Of a stretch of 64,000 nt of DNA, positions 1 to 12,071 are shown piece after piece. This DNA is from Octopus vulgaris (taxonomy: Eukaryota), in NCBI GenBank assembly GCA_951406725.2, contig OX597820.1, positions 58,094,001-58,158,000 of the forward strand. The letters are read 5' to 3'. The position numbers and the translations under genes are program-made. Position 1 is the first letter of the stretch. The number at the start of each line of letters is the position of its first letter. The notes below the pieces were generated by a model. The model worked only from the letters and a program-made list of their open reading frames with translations. It made no database searches and was not told the origin of the DNA.

Positions 1-40
<40 letters not shown>
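1..40. repeat. (GATA)n microsatellite
   Basis: Perfect GATA tandem; longer arrays at 11175-11333, 35263-35346 and 61248-61312. Confidence 0.95.
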
Positions 41-199
41 TTTCATCTGCTCACGTGATCGTCCAGACTATCGGTTGCAATGTGCTTTGGATCATTTTAC
101 CTTTTGAATAATGGTCGCCCCGTTGGTTCGGCGAGCAGACCAACAACCATCCTAATAGGAAGGCTAGTATGTCACGAGTTTTTACTCGTTTAGAGCTGA

Positions 200-298
200 G
201 AGGACTAGAGCAACGTGGAATTAAATGTCTTGCTCAAGGACACAACGCGCAGCCGCTCTGGAAATCGAAACATACACATAACCATTAAGACATGCGCC

Positions 299-300
<2 letters not shown>
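200..300 (-). mobile_element. tRNA-derived SINE fragment (family A head/core)
   Basis: gtcttgctcaaggacacaacgc and gcgccttc match the copies at 2596-2910 and 31451. Confidence 0.7.
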
Positions 301-378
<78 letters not shown>

Positions 379-493
379 GGTGTGTGTGTGTATTCATTAC
401 AGATATAGGATGAAATATAATTAATTTAATAAAATCAACAAATTTCACCTAGTAGTATTTCGGTATGGAAAAGGACCATATTCGGTAAAAATT

Positions 494-718
494 TATATAA
501 TTATAATAATAAGGGTTTTTTGCAACAAGCTGCTTAAACCACATACCGAAAATATTAGAAATAGCAGCCAAAAACTACTATTTCTTTTAACATGTTGTCT
601 GTGGAGACTTATTTTTGTAGTAAAAGAAATAGTAGTTTTTTGACTGCTATTTCTAATATTTTCGGTATGTGCTTTAAGCAACTTGTTGCCAAAAACCCTT
701 ATTGTTATAATTATATAT
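494..718. repeat. Foldback inverted repeat, ~95-bp arms, abutting (TA)n
   Basis: 494-590 is the near reverse complement of 619-718, with a ~30-nt spacer. Confidence 0.9.
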
Positions 719-745
719 ATATATATATTTATATGTCCTGACTAT

Positions 746-808
746 GCTTGCACTGACGAGTAAAAAGTGCATTTTGTGCACTAATTATGAAATCATATGA
801 TCTGCAGC
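746..808 (+). ncRNA. Type I hammerhead ribozyme motif (intact core)
   Basis: tgca-CTGACGA(753-759)-gtaa..agtgca/tgcact..ttat-GAAA(789-792)-TCATATGA-TC-tgca. Stems I, II and III pair; cleavage triplet AUC. Confidence 0.8.
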
Positions 809-2595
809 TGAGTCTGTTTTTAGGATGCTAGCTTCGAGAGTTGCATTCCCTCGCGTTCGGTACAATGTGGTTATTATGGTAGTTTTGATTTTAAGAGTCC
901 CTCCTAGCGTGAGGCATTTATGTATAGAAATGCCCTTAATATATATATATAAGTGCACCTCCCCCACACACACAGTGGAATGGAGGGAGAGAAAGTTAAT
1001 TGATTCAAAGGGATTCGGGAAAGCGTTATCACGCTCACGTACTAAATATAAGCATACCTTTCGGCTTAATTCCATTCTGATAACAGTAGAAAATTCTGCA
1101 ACAAAATGCAACTGTTTCTCAGCATTCAAGTATGAATCTTTAGATTAATCATAGGTAAATTATAGGCTATATTAGTGTCTCTCGCCTCTCTAGATGTAAG
1201 AACGTAGCTAGAGGATTGTTATAAAATACATGTAAGTAAATTTATTGCAAAAAGATCACAAACCGACTGCATTATTATAATATTCTTTGAAATAGTTATA
1301 AAAACGGAGACAGTCATTCTACTTTCAGTTCCAGGTATAATGATTGTCATAAGTTTTTTTTCCAAGTACAATGATTTCAGCAGCCATGACTTGGAAATTG
1401 AATCAAATGGCTTTTAGTTATAAAGCCATAATAACTCAAGATTTCTGAAACTTGTTCAACACATCGCCGCACCATTTTCTTTTCATGTATCAGATCTTCA
1501 GTCACTCTACATTTATACTTGCAATATTTTTGAAAGAAACGTTTGAGATAGCTTGTATATTCAAAATGTATAGTCAAGCAATGAGGCTATAATTTTCTGC
1601 TACGTTAGCGTTTTCAGTCTGGACTTAAGATCTGACCTTTCGGAGTTCTTTGACATACAACATTCAACTACGGTAGTAGTTCAATAATATTCTTAAGGCC
1701 GCAATTTACTCACATGCAGCATCTTTCAGAGATTTGGTTAAGAACCGCTAATTCTGTTCTTAACCAAATAAAAAAATTGTGAACATGTTTGAAGAGGACT
1801 GGTCCCTATCTACATTATGGTATAAAAAATTGAGATTTGATCCACTAGAAAAAACTTTACATCAAAATTTGTAGCAACGTTATAGGAGAGTAAGTAACGC
1901 CACCATTCAAGCTTAGATCTAAATAACTTGTTTATTTTAAAAGCAAAATATATTTATCTTAGATTGAATGATAGAAGAACACATAACGAATTTCATAGTT
2001 TTGTTGCCATGCATCAAAAATTTGTATTAAAAAAATGAGGTAAAATATGAAAAAATATATAATTAACGCAATAAATTGGATTTAAGTAAAATCAACATTT
2101 TTTATATTTTAAAACAAACTATAGTTTAATTAAGTTTAAATGATAGTGCTCAATTCGAGAAATTTCGTGGTATCAATCTCATGCAATGAAGTTTTAAAAG
2201 AAAAAAAGTTATGAGCGTTTGTTTCTCAAATTTGAGAGTGATTGATATAGTTCCATAAGGGGACTTTTAATATATGTCACCGGCGTCATTAAGGTAAGGA
2301 AAAATATTATCAACGAGACTGCTAATTGACACATTTGACCCATTACTAATTAGCACAATAGCATAACCTGGAAAAAACATGGATTACGTGGAAAAATGTG
2401 AGCAGGAGAAATAATATTCTTAAGATTATTAACCTGGAAAATTACAGGACAAGTTATTACACTTGGAAAAGTTCAGGACAACTTATTACATCCGGTAAAG
2501 TATAGAACAAGGAAAATTTTTACTTAAAATATTGCAGCTAAGGATAAAATTTGAATATAAAAAATTATTTGTTTTTAATTCACAACGTTTAGGAG

Positions 2596-2910
2596 CACTC
2601 CGTCGGTTTCGACGACGAGGGTTCCAGCTGATACGATCAATGAAACAGCTTGCTCGTGAAATTAATATGCAAGTGACTGAGCAATTCACAGACACGTGTA
2701 CCCCTAACGTAGTTCTCAGGGAGATTCAGCGCGACACAGAGTGTGACAAGGCTGGCCCTTTGAAATGCAGGTGCAACTCATTTTTGCCAGCTGAGTGGAC
2801 TGGAGCAGCGTGAAAGAAAGCGTCTTGCCCAAGGACACAACACGTCGCCCGGAATTGAGCTCATGACATTACAATCGTGAGTCGAATGCACTAAGCCACG
2901 CGCCTTCACA
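2596..2910 (-). mobile_element. tRNA-derived SINE, family A
   Basis: Minus strand starts gtgaaggcgcgtggcttagtg (A-box), carries a CORE-like tgtccttgggcaagac block and ends ...ccgacggagtg; same family at 19738-20365. Confidence 0.85.
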
Positions 2911-2969
2911 ATTTACAAAGTAACATTATAATTAAAAAGGATACCATCATTTTGTTAAAATATTTAATT

Positions 2970-3200
2970 CTTTATTTCCCACAAGGGGCTAAACGTAGAG
3001 GGGACAAACAAAGACAGACAAATGGACTAAGTCGATTACATCGACCCCACTGCGTAACTGGTACTTATTTAATCGACCCCGAAAGGATGAAAAGCAAAGT
3101 TAACCTCGGCGGAATTTGAACTCAGAACGTAGCGGCAGACAAAATACGGTTAACCGCTTCGTCCGGCGTGCTAACGATTCTACCAGCTCGCCGCCTTAAG
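2970..3200 (-). mobile_element. tRNA-derived SINE, family B
   Basis: Minus strand: aaggcggcgagctgg head, gagttcaaattcc B-box, central tttcatcctttcggggtcgat..aagtaccag block. Many other copies (e.g. 15140-15340, 45957-46190, 59565-59750). Confidence 0.85.
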
Positions 3201-5266
3201 AATTTTGCCTGGCGTGCTAACAATTCTGCTAGTTCGCCGCCTTCAGTTTTGTTAAAATATTGACACACTTAAAAATGAGAGCCAGAAGTACCAATATAGC
3301 TACAGTTTTATGGAAAGTCGAATAGTATATATGGTAGGCAAATTCATTATATAAAAAATAGGCATGGGGTTAAGGCTAAAAATGTGAAGACTTGGAAATA
3401 ATTTAGGCAATAACTCAAGCAAATTTTACTGAGAATTTGTTGTTATAGGTAGATTTTATTGTAATATATAACGAATTTTTGTATTATTCTATTTATTGTA
3501 CTAATCATGTACTACTATTATTTTTATAACCTATTTTCAAATTTCTAATTATTAATTAATTATTAAAAAATGAATTTTTTTAAAGTGCAAAAAATATTTT
3601 AACTGAGTTATTTTTTATTTCTAATAGAAATAATAAGTAATAACAAATAGAAGTAATAACTTGGAATTAAATGTTTAGTTTTAATAAAAGCTAATATTTT
3701 CTAAATCAAAATTTTCTATTTGAAATTTTATCCTTAGCTGCAATCTTTTAAGTAAAAATTTTCTTGTTCTCTACTTTACCAGATGTAATAAGCTGTCCTG
3801 AACTTTTACAAGTGTAATAACTTGTCTCGTAATTTTCCAGGTTTATAATCTTAAAAATATTATTTCTCTTGCTTGCATTTTCCAAATAATACATACATTA
3901 TAGTGACTTTCTAAAGAAAGTCTGAATTTTGTGCCTGTATCATAGTATGAGGTTTCTATACAAACAGAGTGAGAGGAAGAGGGAGGGAGAGAGAGACAGA
4001 GAGAGAGAAATTCGAATTTTTAATTCAACCACTGAAGTTCATGCTTTAAAGTTATTAATTTGCGCTCAAGATTTTCGGGTGTAACATAATCGTATATTTT
4101 CCTTAATTTTTCCGTGAGCTGCTGTTGGTGTGCTGTGCTGTTATTACTCACCTAACACCTTATGATTGCATTTAAGTATCCGATTCTGAGAAGTTGATTG
4201 TCTATAGTTTCTTCTAGTTTCATTATTTAACTGAGCTCATTGCGTTGTTAAATTACTTCATTATCGCATACTCTACAGATATATCCCAAGTCTTTCGTCA
4301 AAGAAGCAGCACGCGAATACAAGCAGGTAGAGATATTACAATTCGTGTTATCACATACTTTCGTATAGTCTTCCATCACTAGAGTGATTGGGGTTTATCA
4401 ACTACCCCCGTTAAAACAGGCGCTATTTAATGATAGGTTTAAGAAATAATTATTTTCAAATAGTAGTTTTGAAAATATTTTTAAAGTATGTATATTGCAC
4501 AGCCACTTCTGCCAGATCAGTTTTATACGGCGATATATAAATATTCTGATGGTAATGATGTTAGCGGCACTTTGTTTGCATATGTATATACTTAGATTTA
4601 TGCATTTATGTTTACATGCTTCTATATGTTTTTACTTCAAGCTAAACTTTGAAAACTTTTCGAAATCCGATTAATGCCATGTAATTTTAATTTCCTAATT
4701 AGCGGTGCTCCAATTAGGTTTGTGCTACTCAGCCTTCCAAGTTTGGAGTTAAGGCAGTTTGTTACATATAAAAACGCACCAATAATTACAGGTATAAATC
4801 GAAAGTCCAAGTGGACTATCTGTTGGATTCTCAATAGTTCAGTATATGTTTTTTTTTTTTCACATCTTAAACATTTTGTTAAAAAATCTTTATACTACTG
4901 TGTCCACCTTCACGTCTAGCACACATCTTGTTCCTCTATCACTGGTGATGCGAAAAACAGCAGTGGTGGTTAATATCTTCATTGTCGGGATATCTAAGTT
5001 GCACATTCTTCTAAGTGCCCAAACTAGTATACGAAATATTAATATGAGAAATGGTTGTGAAAATGCATTGTGGGATATCTTAAGTGTACTAATTTATTCT
5101 TTTGCCAATACATATACACACAGACACAAATATACATGTATGCTTATACATGTATATATATATATATATATATAATATTATTAGAGACAAAACCACTATT
5201 TTGCAAATCAAACAAGGAAAGACTTAATCAATATATAAAAAATTTTAATATAAAGTAAATAAATCG

Positions 5267-5310
5267 CCACTACAATTGTTTCCTGTCTTCAAATGACATT
5301 CATCAGGTGG
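5267..5310 (-). ncRNA. Minimal type I hammerhead ribozyme
   Basis: Minus strand: ccac-CTGATGA-atgtc atttgaa gacag-GAAA-CAATTG-TA-gtgg; triplet GUA. Confidence 0.8.
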
Positions 5311-5432
5311 ATTTCATATATAAAAATATCAATATTTTAAAAAATAAATAAATTTAAAATGGCTAAAACTATAAATAATATAAATTTATCAATGAAAAAA
5401 TATAAAATATTGATATTTTTAGATAGGAAATA

Positions 5433-5475
5433 CACCTGATGAATGTCATTTGAAGACAGGAAACAATTGTAGTGG
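5433..5475 (+). ncRNA. Minimal type I hammerhead ribozyme
   Basis: cac-CTGATGA(5436-5442)-atgtc atttgaa gacag-GAAA-CAATTG-TA-gtg; palindromic stem III ACAATTGT. Confidence 0.8.
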
Positions 5476-5663
5476 CGATTTATTTACTTTATATTAAAAT
5501 TTTTTATGTATTGATTAAGTCTTTCCTTGTTTGATTTGCAAAATAGTGGTTTTGTCTCTAATAATATTATATAATATTTTACTATAAAATTGGATTCAAT
5601 CCTAAATCTGATTTTTCCCTGTAAATTTGGATTTATTCCCTAATATTTATTATATATATATAT

Positions 5664-6269
5664 TTCCCCCTCCTTTTCCACCCCTCTACCCTACCCCTTC
5701 GTCGCAAGATACTACGTGCCTTCCGTCGCCTCCAGCTTGATCCCACCCCCCGCCCCATTTTCCCTAACCCACCCCTGTCCTCCTTCAAACGAGCCCGCAA
5801 TCTGCGTGACCTCCTGGTCCATAGCACCCTCTCTCCTTCCCCCTCAGCCCCACACGGATCATTCCCTTGCTCTAGATCCCGCTGCAACACTTGCCCCTTC
5901 ATCACCAACACCACCGCTGTCACCGGCTCCAACCGGCATACTGTACGCATTAGGCACTCTTTTACGTGCACCTCGTCTGGCCTTATTTACTGCATTAAAT
6001 GCAACCTATGCGGGATGCTGTATGTAGGACAGACGGGACGCCGGTTGTCCGACCGATTCACAGAACATTTGAGGGACGTTCGCCTACACTCTTTTTCTCC
6101 CGTCGCACGCCACTTCCGCTCGGCCGGCCATTCCCTAGATGACATCTCAGTGTTTGGTCTCGCCCCCCACAATGGTCGTCCACTTTCCAGGCTCCACTTG
6201 GAGCAATGCTACATCTTCACCCTACAAACTACTACCCCACACGGACTTAACACAGCCCCCTCCTCTTGA
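5664..6269 (+). pseudogene. C-terminal linker, Zn finger and GIY-YIG endonuclease of a 5'-truncated Penelope-like retroelement (Neptune-like)
   Basis: The frame of ORF 6015-6269 is open back to 5664: FPLLFHP..FKRARNLRDLLVHS..FPCSRSRCNTCPFI..FTCTSSGLIYCIKCNLCGMLYVGQTGRRLSDRFTEH..VARHF..LEQ..PHGLN. The CxxxxCxxC linker is typical of the Neptune clade. Confidence 0.92.
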
Positions 6270-8837
6270 GGTCCTCTTCTTCTTCCCTTTTTTTTTTCAG
6301 ATACACCACCCCCACACACACACCTACCTACCTCCCACACGCCTGTTCACACACACACATACGTATACACATCTACGTACATACATTCACACATTTAATC
6401 ACACACACTTATAGACATACATGCACACACTAACATACAAACCAACATGCACATACATACACGCATACATACACACACACATACATACTTACACACACAC
6501 ACACACAGACATACATACACACATACATACACACATATACATACGCACATACATACACACACACTCACACACACATATCGCACATACATACTTCACACAC
6601 ACACACATGCACACATACATGTAGGCACACACACATACATACATACATACCCACACATGCACACCTTTACACGAATGCACACACACATACACCTATTTGC
6701 ATCCAGGCAGCCCCCCTCTTTTCTGCTCTCCGGTTTTGGCTGACGGATCCTCGGTTCCCGCGGAGCGGGTCGTTCGAGGGCCTTTGCGCTCGCGCGCCTT
6801 GGCGCGTGCTGGGGGCTTGGTCGGCCCCTTGGGCTTGCGTTGTATTGTTTGTGTGTTGTGTGCGTGAGCGCGCTTCGTGTGTGTGGGCTTGCTTCGGGTG
6901 TGTGCGTGCGTATGTATACATACATACCCACACACACGCATGCATCCCTACCCACATACATACACGCACACCTACTCTCACACACACATACACACACACA
7001 CACACATACCCGCACATACACACACATACATACATACACACACATACCTACTTCAGACATACACACACACAGACATACACCCATACACTCACACTCACAC
7101 GCATACACACACACACATACACACGCACACGTACACATACACACACACACACACCTACATACATACATTACACTTGTACACACACACACTTACATTCATA
7201 CACACACACATACTTACACACACACTCGCCTGCACGCGCACACACATGCATGACAAACACCCATACACTCACACTCACATACGCACACACCAACATAAAC
7301 ACGCACACGCACACACACACTTACACTCCCACACACATACATACGCACCTACATACACACACGAACGCATACACACGCACACACACGCATACACACATAC
7401 ATTACACACGTACACACACACCTACATACACATGCATACACACACACACAAACATGCACGGACACACCCAGACATACATACATACACCTATACACACACG
7501 CCCACACACCTACATACACACACATACACGGACACACCCATACATACTTACATACATACACCTATACACACACGCCTACACACCTACATACACATACATG
7601 CATACACACACACACATATACGCACATACACACACATATACGCACATACATATATACCCACACACATGCACACGCACACATACGCACATGCATGCATGCA
7701 TGCTCACGCGCACACCTACACGCATACATGCATACATGCATACACACACACACACGCACGTACACATACATACATACACACACACATACATACACCCATA
7801 CACATCCTACACACACATACATACACACTCACACATACATACACACACACTTACTCACACACCTGCATGTACGCGCACACACATGCACATACACACACTT
7901 CCACACACACACACGTACATACATACACACTCATACACGTACACACACACACACACACGGACATACATCTATGCACACACATATATACACACATACTTAC
8001 ATGCATTCATCGGACACACTGACACCCAGACATACACACAGACACACTCACACATCCACACACACACATACTTACACACACACTCGCAGGCGCGCGCACA
8101 CACGCGCTTGCGCCGGCTCGCGCACGCATACGCGCATGCATGCACCTCGCTCTTGGACCCGACGAGATCTCTAGCTCGTTTCTGGGGCCGTCGCCTGTCG
8201 TTGGGTTCTCCCACGCCCGTCTCCGCGAACCACTCTTCCATCTTCCTCTCAGCTGGAGTCCTTTTTCCTTATAACCTCCCCTTTTTTGTACACACACGCG
8301 CACACATACATACACCCACTCACACACACACATTTGCTTAAATATATACATTACTCTTACACACACTTCAAATCTACTCGCCATACATACATCTACGACA
8401 CTGGACACACACACACTACCACTCAACACACACACTGGCACGTTACATACGCCCCCATCCCTTCCCCTCCCTCCCTTCCTCCTTCCTTCATTTTTTTACT
8501 ACTGACCTACTGACCACTGTCTGCTATGCCTACTACTGTTTCGCCCTACCTCACACGCCTACACACAGACGCACACACTAACATATACATATATTTTTTG
8601 TTTTTTTATCTCGCCTCACACACACATACACATACGCACACGCACACACTCACACATACACACACATCTGTTGCGTTACCAACCCTGTCTCCACTCTTTT
8701 GGCTTTAAAAACCTACTTTGCTCTTGTTATCGTAAACTTCCGCCTTTCACCATGTGTACTTCGTAAATACCAGTCGCTTTTTTTTCTCCCTCTGTTTGCC
8801 CACCTCGGGTTCTTTCTTTCCTCTCTCTTCCATCTTT

Positions 8838-8875
8838 ATGTTTCCGACGAAGAGCTCCGCTCGAAACGTCATACC
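8838..8875 (+). ncRNA. Degenerate minimal hammerhead motif at the PLE 3' end
   Basis: CCGACGA(8844-8850)-aGAGC tcc GCTC-GAAA-CGTC; core U4>C substitution and weak stem I. Confidence 0.6.
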
Positions 8876-9170
8876 TTCCTGCTTCCATCTTTCCTGAGCG
8901 CCTATTAATAATAATACTGTAATTGTTCCACGTGTTGTTGTTTTTTCTGTTTTCCCGTTTGGATTAAAATTATATATATATATATATATATACATACATA
9001 TATATATATATATACATACATATACACACACACACACATATATATATACATATATATACATATTTATATATACGTATATACATATATATACATATATATA
9101 TATACGTATACATATGCAAGTATAAATACATATATAAATACATGTATATATATATGTATTTATATATGTG

Positions 9171-9224
<54 letters not shown>

Positions 9225-9410
9225 TACATAAACATTTGATCACTACAGACAAATTTTCTGTGTGGTTGTTCGGTTGTTCGGCAAAAAATTTCCGATACTG
9301 CATACGTCGTCTAACGACGGGAGAGTCCGTCATATATGTCTGTGTGTGTGTCTGTTTGCACATATGTATATGTAAGTATGTGTGTGTGTGTGAGTGTATA
9401 TATATATATA

Positions 9411-9444
<34 letters not shown>

Positions 9445-9631
9445 ACGAAAAAATCGAGTGAGATCCCAGTAAGTACAGTCAGTAGATCCAGTGGTAATCT
9501 GGGTGGGGTGTTGGTATGTGGATGAGGAGAGGTGGTGAGAGTTCAGGAATTGGTTCAGAAATGCAAGTCCAAAGAGTAGGAAGTTCAAGCAGGATCAAAC
9601 TGGGGTAACCACATAAGCGTATAATATGGAA

Positions 9632-10001
9632 TTGAAATTTATAGAAAAACAAAAGACAAAGAGAAGTCTATGAAGAACAAGCAAGTGTTTTAGTTTGACG
9701 CTCAGGAAAATAAAAAAAGTATTCTACGTTTCGAGCCTACGCTCCTCAACAGAAAGAAATAAAGGAAAATAAATAGAGAGAATGAAAAAACTTGTAGATA
9801 TCAGCGCGCTATGCTGGACATCTGAAATCTACAGGTTTTTTTTTTTCATTCTCTCTCTGTTTATTTTCCCTTATTCATTTCTGATGGGGAGCGAAGGCTC
9901 GAAACGTAAAAATTTTTTTTTTATTTCCCGAGCGTAAAACTAATACACTTGCTTGTTGTTCATAGACCTGTCTTCGTCTTTTGTTTTTCTATAAAGTTCA
10001 A
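9632..10001. mobile_element. Palindromic element with two decayed hammerheads
   Basis: Arms 9632-9798 and 9828-10001. Plus strand: CTGATGG-gGAGCgaagGCTC-GAAACGTA at 9881. Minus strand: CTGTTGA-gGAGCgtagGCTC-GAAACGTA at 9725-9752. Resembles 8844-8960. Confidence 0.85.
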
Positions 10002-10464
10002 CTAGATATGCGTGTATGTTTGCGCGCGCCCGCGCGCGCGTGTGTGTGTGTGCGCGCGCGCGTGCGTGCGTGCGTGTATTTATTTATAGCTAGAGAAAAG
10101 ATTTTGAACATGAAACCATGTGTATAAACCAATTTTCTGAAGTACACGGCCAAGTATCGGAAAGAAGTAATATTCTAGCAACGACATTTCTAGATTGTTA
10201 TAAATTAAGTGGTTCAGTCAGATTTTCAACATTAACTACACACAGCCGCCATAAATTGTTGAATCTGAATATAATCCTTACATGTATATCCGCTTTGTGA
10301 AGGAAGAACGTCGCTAGTATTTCCTGTTCCTGGATCTCGGAAGTTTAATCTTCATAATAAGAATTAAAATAACTATTGCTGGTCCCTGCTAGACTGACAA
10401 CTCTGCTTTTCTGTCTTGGTGAAGTTGTCGCTATACAAGCTTTCCGGCAACGTTGATGCGTTTG

Positions 10465-10496
<32 letters not shown>

Positions 10497-11173
10497 TGTA
10501 TGTATGTATGTATGTATGTATGTATGTATGTATGTATGTATGTATGTATGTATGTATGTATGTATGTATGTGTGTACTGTATATACGTATAAATACAAAT
10601 ATATACATAGCCTAAAATATATATGCCCAAAGCATGTGTGTATGTGTGTGTATGTGTGTGGGTTTCATTTATCTTCAACTTATTTCAGTCATTTAGCTAC
10701 CACACACACATACATACATACATCCATGCATAGAGATATATACAGATACAGATACACAGAAACACAAAGACAGGTGCATATATGCATACGTACATCCATA
10801 AATATCTAAATATATAGCTTTATACATACGCATACATACATACATACATACATACATACATACATACATACATACATACATACATACATACATACATACA
10901 TACATGAGCAGTACCGCCTAAGGCGAAACTTAGAGTAGACAATTAACTACCGCTATAATATAATATCTGCGCTTCTCAACCAAATGTGTTATGTTGTATG
11001 TCAGATAACATTTGCATCACGTAGAATATATTTTTGCAAACTTGACAATGCTTAACCGCAATATACATACGTACAAAAAAGAATTATACATACTCATATT
11101 TATTGACTTGAGTATATGAGAGTATGCACGCAAAAATATGAGTATGTGTAGACAAACAGTTAGATAGGTAGAT

Positions 11174-11334
<161 letters not shown>

Positions 11335-11414
11335 TTGCATGTATATACATACGTATGTATATATTTATACACAGATATATGTAAATTTAAATGCACATCC
11401 GAAAAGCTACTAAG

Positions 11415-11500
<86 letters not shown>

Positions 11501-11567
11501 GTATGCATATGCTGTATATATATGTATTCGTGTGTGTGCATGTGTGAGTGTATGCTTGTGACCGGCA

Positions 11568-11760
11568 TCACTTGTGGATTTGTATTGCCACTAAAACTCA
11601 GAACACGAAGTCTGCACTTCAACAGGTAAATGACGACTAAGACTGCGACACCTGCGCTGTCCAACGGGCTTGCCCGGATGTGGTCAGCGTCCGTGAGGGA
11701 TATAGAGAACTCGTTGGTAGGAGCAACCCATCCCGGGTGGATGCCGCCGCAAGTGCAAAT
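11568..11760 (+). mobile_element. RTE-clade LINE 3' end fragment
   Basis: WSASVRD..ATHPG then atgccgccgcaag, homologous to 44150-44236; flanked by accggca/accggta, a possible TSD. Confidence 0.6.
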
Positions 11761-11872
11761 ACCGGTACACACACACACACTTATACACACATACACACAC
11801 ACTCATTCATACACACACACATACTCATACACACACACACACAAACACACGGTATATATATATATATACATA

Positions 11873-12071
11873 CAGGGTTGACTAAAATTCCATAAATATT
11901 TAAATTCAATTTTATTTATTTATTCCAATTATGAATTTCTAATCATTATTTTCCTTTTCTCTTTCAGCATTTGTCTATTTATAATGAAATCTCATATAAA
12001 ATAATTTTTTTGTTTTAATCTTGGAATTAAATGGTTTTGATTTACTCTCAGGTGACTTTTGCCCAACCTTG
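11873..12071. mobile_element. Tc1/mariner-type MITE
   Basis: TA-CAGGGTTGACTAAAA ... TTTTGCCCAACCTTG-TA: short TIRs with a TA duplication. Confidence 0.7.

Larger units (their letters stand above)
2390..3884. mobile_element. Non-autonomous DNA transposon/foldback element with ~180-bp terminal inverted repeats, containing two SINE insertions
   Basis: 2390-2571 is an inverted match to 3706-3884. No transposase or clear TSD seen. Confidence 0.75.
5171..5572. mobile_element. Palindromic hammerhead-bearing element (PLE-terminus-like) in (TA)n
   Basis: Arms 5171-5339 and 5404-5572 are near-perfect reverse complements; each arm carries an HHR. Confidence 0.9.
5664..8969 (+). mobile_element. 5'-truncated Penelope-like element with ~2.7-kb CA-rich 3' UTR ending in an HHR-like motif, inserted in (TA)n
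   Basis: GIY-YIG frame, then degenerate (CA/CATA) sequence 6300-8670, HHR-like motif at 8844, and TA runs on both sides. Continuity as one element is inferred. Confidence 0.7.

Noticed and set aside
6806-8341. 511-aa His/Thr/Tyr-rich ORF and overlapping long ORFs
   Set aside because: Translation of CA/CATA repeats, which lack stop codons in several frames; no domain signal.
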